Shown: piece after piece, positions 39,639 to 48,271 of the stretch
Layout: each line of letters begins with the position of its first letter
Numbering within the stretch: position 1 is the stretch's first letter
NCBI GenBank assembly: GCA_963677595.1
Contig: OY782041.1
Span: 864,001-928,000 of the forward strand
Origin: Spirochaetia bacterium
GTDB lineage: Bacteria > Spirochaetota > Spirochaetia > CAKZLE01
Length of the DNA: 64,000 bases
Direction: 5' to 3'
Made by a program: the position numbers and the translations under genes
Notes under the pieces: generated by a model
Told to the model about the DNA's origin: nothing
The model's input: the letters and a program-made list of their open reading frames with translations, nothing else
Database searches by the model: none

Positions 39639-40390
39639 TCCCGGACTTCATCCAAGAGGTGCCTTGCACCCTGGATGAGGAACCCGAAGTCCGAGGAGAG
39701 AACGGCATACCGCATCCCCAGCTTCCGGTACTCCAGGAACTGTTCAGCATTCCCGACCACCGTCCCGAAGGGGATGCCGCAGTTTCGGCAAGTACCCATG
39801 GCCGTACGGAGGACCTCCTGTACAGCTGGATCTTCCGGATGGCCTATCCTGCCGGCAGACTGCGACATATCCATGGGGCCGAAGAAAACCGCACTGGTAA
39901 TCCCGAGGGAGAGCTGCTTCTCCAGCTGCCGGGCACTCTCAACTGTCTCGCAGTGGGTGACGATCATCGTGTCCTGCTGTACATGGCTGACATAGTCATC
40001 AATCGGGAACAACCCATACGCTGCTGCACGGCTGGTAGTGGCAAAACCTCGCTTTCCTTTCGGGCTGAAGAACACGGCATCTGAAACTGCCTTGAGATCT
40101 TCAGGGGTATCCACGTTCGGGACCTGGATGCCTGCTGCACCGGCGTCGAGGGTCTGGAGAATTTCCTGCACGTCCCGGCTCCTGACCCGGACAATCGCCT
40201 CGACACCTGAGAGCTCGGCAGCTCTCAGCAGGTTCGTGAGCGTCTGCTTGCTCATCCCTATATGTTCATTGTCAATGATGATGAAGTCAAGACCGACCTT
40301 CCCGAGAATCTCCACCACTGCAGGGTCCGTGGACTTCACGAAAGTCCCGAAGACCGTCTCCCCCTTCCCCATCCGTTCCTTGATTGTCAT
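39632..40390 (-). CDS. HpcH/HpaI-family class II aldolase
   Basis: IIDNEH, IVRV, LDAGAAGIQVP, PKGKRG, ET, GPMDMS. Confidence 0.9.
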   Translation of the reverse strand: MTIKERMGKGETVFGTFVKSTDPAVVEILGKVGLDFIIIDNEHIGMSKQTLTNLLRAAELSGVEAIVRVRSRDVQEILQTLDAGAAGIQVPNVDTPEDLKAVSDAVFFSPKGKRGFATTSRAAAYGLFPIDDYVSHVQQDTMIVTHCETVESARQLEKQLSLGITSAVFFGPMDMSQSAGRIGHPEDPAVQEVLRTAMGTCRNCGIPFGTVVGNAEQFLEYRKLGMRYAVLSSDFGFLIQGARHLLDEVRDQ

Positions 40391-41088
40391 GAGAACTCCT
40401 CCTCCAGCCAGAGATTGATCGCCTCACTCACCAGATAGGGCTGTTCTACCGATGAGAGATGTCCGCAGTGCGGTATCACGTCCACCTTCGCACTAGGCAG
40501 CAGGGAGGCCAGGTGGTCCTGCCTCGGCTTCGGGGTCAGCCTGTCCTGCTCTCCGTAGATAATCATTGCCGGTTTTCGGAACCCTTTCAGCACCCGGGAG
40601 TAATCGCGTCTGCCGGCAAGTGCATCAGCATGGAGCGCATAGGTTTCTGAACCTACCCGGTCTGCCATCTTCCAGACCAGCTTGACCATGTCCTGGTCCT
40701 CAACGTGGTCAGGATGGACAAGACTGTCCATCAGGTACTCAGCCGACATCCTGCCGGTACCCAGCTCCCCAGCACGGGAGACCAGGTCATACCGATTTCG
40801 AGAAACCTCTTCGCTCTCGCTGAGGGCATTGGTATCCATGAGGATCAGACCGGAGACCAGGTCCGGCCTCTGCCGTACAATCTCCATTGCCAGGATGCCG
40901 CCGAAGGAGAGACCGCAGAGGATCGAGGGCTCCCTGATCGACCCGATGAGAGATCGTGCTATTGATGAGGCTCTCCCCGCAGGCGGGATCTCAGCACAAG
41001 CCGCCCGAAATCCGTTTGGGAGGTGGCTGACCTGATAGGAGAACAGGTCGCAGGTACACAGCAGCCCCGGCAGGAACATGATATCCAC
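40387..41088 (-). CDS. Alpha/beta-fold hydrolase
   Basis: LPGLL, GLSFGG nucleophile elbow, GEQD, CGHL. Confidence 0.88.
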   Translation of the reverse strand: MDIMFLPGLLCTCDLFSYQVSHLPNGFRAACAEIPPAGRASSIARSLIGSIREPSILCGLSFGGILAMEIVRQRPDLVSGLILMDTNALSESEEVSRNRYDLVSRAGELGTGRMSAEYLMDSLVHPDHVEDQDMVKLVWKMADRVGSETYALHADALAGRRDYSRVLKGFRKPAMIIYGEQDRLTPKPRQDHLASLLPSAKVDVIPHCGHLSSVEQPYLVSEAINLWLEEEFS

Positions 41089-41097
41089 GGGCGTGCC

Positions 41098-42102
41098 CTA
41101 GACCAGTTCAGGGGCAGAAACGGCATCGCCCTTCACCACGCAATAGGTATAGCTCCTGCCGCGGATGCAGTCGATGCGGACCCCCAGCCCGGTGGGAAGG
41201 TTATAGGTATCGCCGGGACCGAGGACGATGGGCATCAGTTCCGTATCGCTGAAAGTCAGCCTGACATCACCCCAGTAGTTGATCAGGACCTGGTTCTCTG
41301 ACCGGCGATGCATCGGCACGTACCCGCCGGTCTCCATTTCATAGGCATAGACGCAGAGCCCGTCACGGCTCTTCGCCTCGAAGTCATCGGGATGGTCCGG
41401 GCTGCCGGATACGTGGTGACATGAGAAATCGCCAGAAGAGGAGAACCTTCTCACTCTCGGTGTCCGGTCCTTCCTGAACGAGACGAACTTCAGCATCTCC
41501 TCGACGGAATAGGAGTCAAACTGCCGTACCTCTTCCATGCTGAGGGGCTCGAACAGTTCATCGTCAGCAGGTACGGGGTCACCGAGCACCGTATCTGCAA
41601 GGGTGTTATCCCTCTTGAGGTAGAGACCGTACTTCTGTCCCTCAGCGAGGATCGACGGGTGCCATACGATACCGCCCCCGCAGTCGTCTCCCCCGAGGGC
41701 GACGAACATGAAACCGCTCTCGGTTCCCACGACCTCGAAGCCCCTGAAGCAGTGGACGGGGACGGTTATGAGGTCCCCGGGACCAAGAAGCGCCTCATAC
41801 TCCCCTTCAGCTCCCCAGTAGATCCGGAATGTACCTTTATAGACCATGAAGACCTCAGCCGAGTTGTGGCTGTGCAGGGAGTTGAGGATTCCCGGCGGCT
41901 GCCCCGCCGCCCCGATGTGGAACCCGTCGGTCTCCATGATATGGACGGGCTGTCTCGTGTCCTGGGACACCCCCCTCCCCACGATGCAGTAATTCTCCTT
42001 CAGGTGGCTGCCCGGAATCCTCGCATCCACGAAGGCGGCCCTGGCATACCTGAGGTCGGCGAACCGTACAAGCGGTTTATTCGAATCATAGTTCATACCC
42101 AT
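41098..42102 (-). CDS. Tandem cupin-domain protein
   Basis: NSLHSHNSAEVF...LGPGDLITVPVHCFRGF, and a second cupin PMHRRSENQV...LGPGDTYNLP. Confidence 0.82.
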   Translation of the reverse strand: MGMNYDSNKPLVRFADLRYARAAFVDARIPGSHLKENYCIVGRGVSQDTRQPVHIMETDGFHIGAAGQPPGILNSLHSHNSAEVFMVYKGTFRIYWGAEGEYEALLGPGDLITVPVHCFRGFEVVGTESGFMFVALGGDDCGGGIVWHPSILAEGQKYGLYLKRDNTLADTVLGDPVPADDELFEPLSMEEVRQFDSYSVEEMLKFVSFRKDRTPRVRRFSSSGDFSCHHVSGSPDHPDDFEAKSRDGLCVYAYEMETGGYVPMHRRSENQVLINYWGDVRLTFSDTELMPIVLGPGDTYNLPTGLGVRIDCIRGRSYTYCVVKGDAVSAPELV

Positions 42103-42111
42103 CTCCTTTAC

Positions 42112-42266
42112 TGACTACGTAATCAACTATACTCAACAACTCTTTCAATATTGTACTCGAAACAGGGAGAAAATCCAGTAAAAAGTGTATGATTGCGTAA
42201 TTATTTACCTAAATCGTAGCCAATCGAAGCAGTTTCTTAGCCTACCCTTGTGTGATTACGTAAACA
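42112..42266. promoter_or_regulatory. Three copies of the palindrome TGATTACGTAATCA (candidate repressor operators)
   Basis: TGACTACGTAATCA 42112-42125, TGATTGCGTAATTA 42190-42203, TGATTACGTAAACA 42253-42266. Confidence 0.72.
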
Positions 42267-42297
42267 GGCAGTCCATATTCCAACAATAATTACCCCC

Positions 42298-42522
42298 TCA
42301 CATAATAGATAAGGTATTTTGCCCCAATCCCTCGATTTCTATATCCACAGTATCCCTTGGTAGATGTTTCTTGAATGATTCGAAGTAATTCGGTTCTGTC
42401 TTTGTTCCTTCACAGAGAATCAAGAAATATTCCCTATACTTCTTGAAACCAGTTCTTCTTGTTCTGGATTGCTTCACATATTTATGTTGTGTTTCTTTAT
42501 TGAACGTGTGGCTTCTACTCAT
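42298..42522 (-). pseudogene. Truncated RloB-family gene (N-terminal 74 aa only)
   Basis: FLILCEGTKTEPNYF motif present, then a stop; no DxD or SNPCxE motifs and no room for them before the cupin promoter region. Confidence 0.8.
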
Positions 42523-43748
42523 TCAACTCCCCAAACCTTCCGAAAATCCCCGATGAATGGGATCGCCCCATACCGTCCTTGAATATAATCATTCTCAAAA
42601 GAAGCATCATTACGTACCTTCTGCCCTTTTGGCATGATATAGTCGCTTAGTGAATACAAGTCAGTATCCTCAGAAGGGGTCTTTTCTGTGAACCATATCT
42701 GATCACGTCGAAAGACTTTCGTACGGAGCAGATTGGTATCATGAGTCGCAAAAATGAATTGTGCCTTATGTTGATTAGTCAAGCTGGAGTTGAACAATCT
42801 CACGATGGCAGTGGTAAGCTTTGGATGTAGTCTTGCATCTAATTCATCAACAACAAGCACCTTCCCATCCAGTAACGCAGCAAGTACCGGGCCCATCAGC
42901 CGAAAGAATTTTTTACTCCCTTCCGATTCCTGTGATTCAAAATCCAAATCTGTGCTGCCAACAATTCTGTTCTTTTCATCATATAGATTATGATAGGTCG
43001 AAATACGGGAGTTCTCCTTGCCCATCTCATGTTGGATATCAACATTCTTGATCCCCAGGTCAGCGATCTTCAACAGTTCGATTATTCTTTCTTTGTGCTC
43101 AGGAGACTGCAGCATCATCTTTTCAGTAAACTGCTGATAAACCCTATCCTCGATACCAGAAATGATAGTGAGATCATGGAACCAGTTAATGATTTTCCCG
43201 CTGATCTCTCCATTCAGTTGAGCACAGACTGAAAGGAATAATGCGTTGTTCCTTGTTCTTCCCTCTAATCCACTTCCTTCTGGAAAGAGTTTACTGAACA
43301 CCTGGATGTTCTCACCTTCCCTGATGAATAATGGATACTCTTTGATCTTACGACTGCTCAGTAACCACTCTGCTTGTATCGCAGAATCATCAGCTTCAAA
43401 TCCATATCGGTATTTTACCTGCCCGATCAGGAATGTGATCTCAAACTTAGATGGTTGGTGCAGGGTCTCCGTACTCAACCTGAAACAATCGATATGCAAT
43501 GGTTCGCCAAGTTGTACATCTTTTGACGAATTGAGAACTACCCATTTCATCTTCCCCAAAGCTTCAAGCAGATTCGATTTCCCACTCGCATTCGCCCCAT
43601 ACAGAACAGCACTCTTCAGGACCTGGTACCTGCCTGTGTCAATGATATTCTCTTCCCAATACTCCTTGATTGGGTTTGCAGCAATAAGATCAAGGGTCTT
43701 CTCATCCTTGAAGGATTTAAAATTACTACAGGTGAAATTGATTAACAT
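42519..43748 (-). CDS. AAA_21 ATPase (RloA/AbiLi-like), copy 2
   Basis: NFKSFK, YGANASGKSN, ESEGS, VDELDARLHP, ATHD, DQIWFTEK, YIQGRYGAIP; AT-rich. Confidence 0.9.
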   Translation of the reverse strand: MLINFTCSNFKSFKDEKTLDLIAANPIKEYWEENIIDTGRYQVLKSAVLYGANASGKSNLLEALGKMKWVVLNSSKDVQLGEPLHIDCFRLSTETLHQPSKFEITFLIGQVKYRYGFEADDSAIQAEWLLSSRKIKEYPLFIREGENIQVFSKLFPEGSGLEGRTRNNALFLSVCAQLNGEISGKIINWFHDLTIISGIEDRVYQQFTEKMMLQSPEHKERIIELLKIADLGIKNVDIQHEMGKENSRISTYHNLYDEKNRIVGSTDLDFESQESEGSKKFFRLMGPVLAALLDGKVLVVDELDARLHPKLTTAIVRLFNSSLTNQHKAQFIFATHDTNLLRTKVFRRDQIWFTEKTPSEDTDLYSLSDYIMPKGQKVRNDASFENDYIQGRYGAIPFIGDFRKVWGVE

Positions 43749-43788
43749 ACTACGCTCCTACCTGATCAGCATCTTCAATCTATGTATA

Positions 43789-43839
43789 AGAATACTGCTA
43801 AATAGTACATATTTCAACATATTTTGAGATAATTTCACA
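43789..43839 (-). promoter_or_regulatory. TGTGA-N5-TCTCA palindrome plus promoter of rloA copy 2
   Basis: Minus strand TTGTGAAATTATCTCAA, then TTGAAA-N17-TATTCT. Confidence 0.55.
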
Positions 43840-44026
43840 ATAATCATAAGAATTATAGCGATATCAAGAAAAAACAGAATGTCTCATCCATTAGGATGCA
43901 GCTGATCCCTGGCTGCTCGATACAGCAGGAGGAGTTACCCCTCTGCCGTGTTGAACCCAGTTATTCAACAGCCCTATTCTCATATTCTGTGATCCATAGT
44001 ATTCTGTTTGGCGGAGGTTTGTAGAT

Positions 44027-44239
44027 ATGCCATTCTTTCACTCACGTGATGACCTGGGGAATCCATACAACGCGATATCAGAGATTTGTCATCGCTGTCC
44101 TGAACCGGTATGCATCACAAAGAACGATAATATGGAGCTCTACCGCCTGCTTGATGATGGGTTGAACTCGATGGAAGCCGGGGGACTTAGAACCTCCGAG
44201 GAAGTGTTCTCAGAGATCCGCCAGAAGCTGCACCGTTAA
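44027..44239 (+). pseudogene. Orphan Phd/YefM-like antitoxin, apparently with an internal deletion
   Basis: DLGNPYNAISEICHRCPEPVCITKN matches a Phd N-terminus; the usual G-x-G-DLxVMS strand is missing; GGAGG RBS; no toxin follows. Confidence 0.6.
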
Positions 44240-44280
44240 CAAGATGGTCATCACCCGCTGTGCAGGTGACGACCAGTCTC

Positions 44281-45963
44281 TTAGTCCCTCGTCAGTGCCC
44301 GGTACTTGAGCCGTTTGGGGATGATGGAATCCACCCCGAGTCTCCGTCTCTTGTCTTCCTCATACTCACTGAACGATCCCTCATACCAGAAGAGCGACCC
44401 GTCATCCTCGAATGCGAGGGTATGGGTGCAGATCCGATCGAGGAACCAGCGGTCATGGCTGATCACCACCACGCAGCCGGCGAAATCGAGGATCGCGTCC
44501 TCGAGGGCCCTGATGGTGTTCACATCCAGGTCGTTCGTCGGCTCATCGAGCAAAAGGACGTTCGACTCCTCCTTGAGGGTAAGGGCGAGGTTGACCCGGT
44601 TCCGCTCCCCTCCGGAGAGTACGTCCAGCTGTTTTTGCTGGTCGGCACCGACGAAGTTGAACTGTGCGCAGTAGGCACGGGAGTTTATCAGCCGCCCGGC
44701 GATCCGGATCTGCTCCTGCCCCCCTGAGAGGCACTGCCAGATGCTGTCCTTGGGGTCGAGGTTCTCCCGCATCTGGGTAGCATAGCCGAGGGCTACGGTC
44801 TCCCCCCTCCTGACAGCACCGGAGATCGGTTCAAGCTCACCGGTCAGGAGTTTGAGGAAGGTCGTCTTCCCCGCCCCGTTTGGACCGATGATCCCGACGA
44901 TCCCGCCGGGAGGCAGGGAGAAGTCGAGGTTGTCGATCAGGAGCCTGTCCCCATAGCCGGCACTGACCCCGGTCCCCTCGAACACGAGGTTCCCGAGTCT
45001 CGGGCCCCTCGGGATCCTGATCTGCAGCTCCTTGTCCTGGTCCCTGCTGTCGGAATCGGCAAGGGCCTGGTAGGCCCCGATCCTCGCCTTCGACTTGTCA
45101 TGCTTGGCACGAGGTGACATGCGGATCCATTCGAGCTCGCGCTGCAGGGTCTGCTGTTTCCGTGACTCCTGCTTCTGTTCCACCCGCAGCCGTTCCTGTT
45201 TCTGTTCCAGCCAGGAGGAGTAGTTCCCCTTCCAGGGGATCCCCTCCCCGCGGTCGAGTTCCAGGATCCAGCCAGCGACGTTGTCGAGGAAGTAGCGGTC
45301 GTGGGTCACGGCGATGACGGTGCCGGCATACTGCTGGAGGTGGTGCTCGAGCCAGGCGACCGACTCGGCATCGAGGTGGTTGGTCGGCTCATCGAGCAGG
45401 AGTATATCGGGCTTCTGCAGCAGCAGCCTGCAGAGGGCTGTCCTCCTGCGCTCCCCTCCTGAGACCTTGTCGAGCGGCATATCACCGGGGGGACAGCGAA
45501 GGGCATCCATCGCCATGTCGAGACGCGACTCGATATCCCAGCCGTCGAGCTGCTCGATGCGGTCCTGAACCTTCCCCTGCCGGTCGAGCAGGGCGTCCAT
45601 CTCCTCGTCAGTCATCTCTGAAGCGAACCTCTCGTTGATCTCCTCGAACTCCCGGAGCAGGGAGAGGACCTCAGAGGCCCCCTCCTCGACCACTTCCCGC
45701 ACCGTGCGTGTCTCAGCCTTGAGCGGTTCCTGCTCGAGGTAGCCGATGGTAAAGCCTGCTGAGATGACGGTCTCGCCGTCGAAATCCTTTTCGACCCCTG
45801 CGAGGATCTTCAGCAGGGTACTCTTACCCGACCCGTTCAGTCCCAGGACCCCGATCTTCGCCCCGTAGAAATAGCTCAAGTAGATATCCTTGAGGATTAT
45901 CTTGTTCTGGTATCTCTTCGAGACACCAACCATTGAATATATGATCTTCTTGTCGTCTGCCAT
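44281..45963 (-). CDS. ettA: Energy-dependent translational throttle protein (ABC-F)
   Basis: Two ABC domains; SYFYGAKIGVLGLNGSGKS, AMDALRCPP, LELDRG, ELEWIR, SRAYC. Confidence 0.94.
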   Translation of the reverse strand: MADDKKIIYSMVGVSKRYQNKIILKDIYLSYFYGAKIGVLGLNGSGKSTLLKILAGVEKDFDGETVISAGFTIGYLEQEPLKAETRTVREVVEEGASEVLSLLREFEEINERFASEMTDEEMDALLDRQGKVQDRIEQLDGWDIESRLDMAMDALRCPPGDMPLDKVSGGERRRTALCRLLLQKPDILLLDEPTNHLDAESVAWLEHHLQQYAGTVIAVTHDRYFLDNVAGWILELDRGEGIPWKGNYSSWLEQKQERLRVEQKQESRKQQTLQRELEWIRMSPRAKHDKSKARIGAYQALADSDSRDQDKELQIRIPRGPRLGNLVFEGTGVSAGYGDRLLIDNLDFSLPPGGIVGIIGPNGAGKTTFLKLLTGELEPISGAVRRGETVALGYATQMRENLDPKDSIWQCLSGGQEQIRIAGRLINSRAYCAQFNFVGADQQKQLDVLSGGERNRVNLALTLKEESNVLLLDEPTNDLDVNTIRALEDAILDFAGCVVVISHDRWFLDRICTHTLAFEDDGSLFWYEGSFSEYEEDKRRRLGVDSIIPKRLKYRALTRD

Positions 45964-46084
45964 GGAAGTGAGTATGCCAGAAAACGGGGAATCTGGTAAG
46001 AGGGAAAAACGCCTCTTTTCATCTTCCATGCTACACATCCGCGTTCTCTTACGGTATGATGTTCCAAAAGACAAGGAGTCCATT

Positions 46085-47125
46085 ATGTGCGCGCAGTACT
46101 ATTACCCTGAAGGCTACCGTTCGATCCTTTCCCTGTCGGAGACAGAACTGGCCATCTCGAAGATCAAGGAGTTCTTCCAGACCTATCTCTCAGCCCAGCT
46201 GAGACTCAGGCGGGTCACGGCCCCCCTCTTCCTGGAGGCAGGGACGGGCGTCAACGACGACCTCAACGGGGTGGAAATGCCCGTCTCGTTCAAGCCTAAG
46301 GGGATGGACGGCACCATCGCCGAGATCCCGCAATCTCTGGCCAAGTGGAAGAGGATGATGCTCGGAGACTACCGCATTCCTATCGGTTACGGCCTCTATA
46401 CCGACATGAATGCCATCCGACCCGATGAAGAACCGGACAATCTCCACTCCTACTACGTCGACCAGTGGGACTGGGAGCGTTCTATATCAGCAGAGCAGCG
46501 CAGCCTGGAGTTCCTCAAGAGCACGGTTCGCAGGATCTATGCGACCCTCACAGCCACGGAGTTCATGGTCTATGAGAGCTACCCGGAGATAGAGCCCATC
46601 CTCCCGGAGAAGATCACCTTCATCCAGGCTGAGGATCTCTGCAGGAAGTACCCCGGCCTCACTCCCACCGAACGGGAGTCAAAGGCGGCTAAGGAGTACG
46701 GTGCCCTCTTCGTCATCGGCATCGGTGCAAATCTCTCGGATGGGCAGCCCCATGATGGGCGTGCCCCGGACTATGATGACTGGAGCAGCCTGACCGAAGG
46801 CGGATACCGCGGCCTCAACGGGGACATCATCCTCTGGAACCCGGTACTGAACCGGACCTTCGAGATATCCTCCATGGGAATCCGGGTGGATGAGGAAGCG
46901 CTGCTCAGGCAGCTCGGGCTCAGGGGATGCATGGACCGCAAGAGCCTCCACTTCCACAAGCGGCTGCTGGCCGGTGACTTCCCCCTCTCCATCGGGGGCG
47001 GGATCGGCCAGTCACGGCTCTGCATGTTTCTACTGCGCAAAGCCCATATCGGGGAGGTGCAGGCAAGCCTCTGGCCGGAAGAGGTCAGGCGGGAGTGCAT
47101 GCTCCACTCCATAGAGCTCATGTAA
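46085..47125 (+). CDS. asnA: Aspartate--ammonia ligase
   Basis: NDDLNG, SLAKWKR, YVDQWDWE, RAPDYDDW, SSMGIRV, GGGIGQSR. Confidence 0.96.
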   Translation: MCAQYYYPEGYRSILSLSETELAISKIKEFFQTYLSAQLRLRRVTAPLFLEAGTGVNDDLNGVEMPVSFKPKGMDGTIAEIPQSLAKWKRMMLGDYRIPIGYGLYTDMNAIRPDEEPDNLHSYYVDQWDWERSISAEQRSLEFLKSTVRRIYATLTATEFMVYESYPEIEPILPEKITFIQAEDLCRKYPGLTPTERESKAAKEYGALFVIGIGANLSDGQPHDGRAPDYDDWSSLTEGGYRGLNGDIILWNPVLNRTFEISSMGIRVDEEALLRQLGLRGCMDRKSLHFHKRLLAGDFPLSIGGGIGQSRLCMFLLRKAHIGEVQASLWPEEVRRECMLHSIELM

Positions 47126-47142
47126 CGAGCACGATTTTTTAT

Positions 47143-47203
47143 TTGACTACACCTCACCTCCTCGTGTACAATCATGATAACAACAAATACACACGTGTGT
47201 ATT
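47143..47203 (+). promoter_or_regulatory. Promoter plus perfect 18-bp LacI-type operator
   Basis: TTGACT-N18-TACAAT, followed by the palindrome AATACACACGTGTGTATT (47186-47203). Confidence 0.78.
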
Positions 47204-47218
47204 GATAGGAAAAGGCAA

Positions 47219-48271
47219 TTGGGAACGAACCGGGTCACGATCAAGGACATCGCAAAGAAAGCAGGGGTCACCCACTCCACCGTCTCACGGGCACTGAACG
47301 ACAGCCCCCGCGTGAAGCAGGAGACGAAGGAGTTCATCAAGCAGCTCGCCGCTGACATGGGGTTCCAGTTCAATGCGGCAGGCAGGTCCTTAAGCACCGG
47401 GACCAGGGGGATCATCGCCGTCATCCATGACGGCGAATGGGACGGGTTCGGGACGAGCCAGTACTTCAACCTCCTCTTTGCGAGCCTGCGCAGGACCCTG
47501 GAGTCCTTCGCGCTCGATGCCCTGGTCCTCGAGGCCAGCAATCCCGAGACCGGGGAGAGCAGCATCCAGAGGCTGATCATGCAGAACAAGGTGGATGGGT
47601 TCATCCTCGTCCACTCGAAGATACCTCAAGCAGACTACCGGTACCTTGCAGAGCACGGCGTCCCCTTCGTCCAGCTCCATTCCCGGCCGAAGTATGTACC
47701 TGCCGGGGGTTTCCCCTCCTTCTTCACCGACAACATCACCGGGGGCCGTATCGCGACCGAGCACCTCATCGCCTGCGGCTGCCGCAGGGTCATCGACATG
47801 GTGGGGTACAAGCGCCCGGCCGGTGAGTTCGCTGACCGGCTGCAGGGATACCGCGAGGCTCTCGCAGCCCATGGGCTTCCCTATGATGAGGGGCTCATCC
47901 TCTTCACTGACTGCTCCTTCCAAAGCGGGTACCGCCGGGTCATGGAGCAGAGGGAGCTGTTCAGGGCCGGTGACGGCATCTTCTGCCAGGCGGATGTGGT
48001 AGCCTTCGGGGCGATCACGGCCCTGAAGGAGCTCGGCTGGAAGGTCGGTGAGGAGATCCAGGTCGTCGGGTTCGATGACACCCCGATCTGCGGGCTGCCG
48101 ACCCCGTCCATCACGTCGGTACATCAGCCGGTCGACGAACTCTCCCGCAAGGCCTGCCGGCAGCTCCATGGGATGATCCATGGGACGGGAGATACCAATA
48201 CCATACAGGAAGAACTGCACCCATGGCTCGTTGAGCGGGGGTCCACATCCAACGATATGAGGGTAAGATAA
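47219..48271 (+). CDS. LacI-family transcriptional regulator
   Basis: VTIKDIAKKAGVTHSTVSRALN HTH; VVGFDD, ITSVHQP; TTG start assumed. Confidence 0.92.
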   Translation: MGTNRVTIKDIAKKAGVTHSTVSRALNDSPRVKQETKEFIKQLAADMGFQFNAAGRSLSTGTRGIIAVIHDGEWDGFGTSQYFNLLFASLRRTLESFALDALVLEASNPETGESSIQRLIMQNKVDGFILVHSKIPQADYRYLAEHGVPFVQLHSRPKYVPAGGFPSFFTDNITGGRIATEHLIACGCRRVIDMVGYKRPAGEFADRLQGYREALAAHGLPYDEGLILFTDCSFQSGYRRVMEQRELFRAGDGIFCQADVVAFGAITALKELGWKVGEEIQVVGFDDTPICGLPTPSITSVHQPVDELSRKACRQLHGMIHGTGDTNTIQEELHPWLVERGSTSNDMRVR

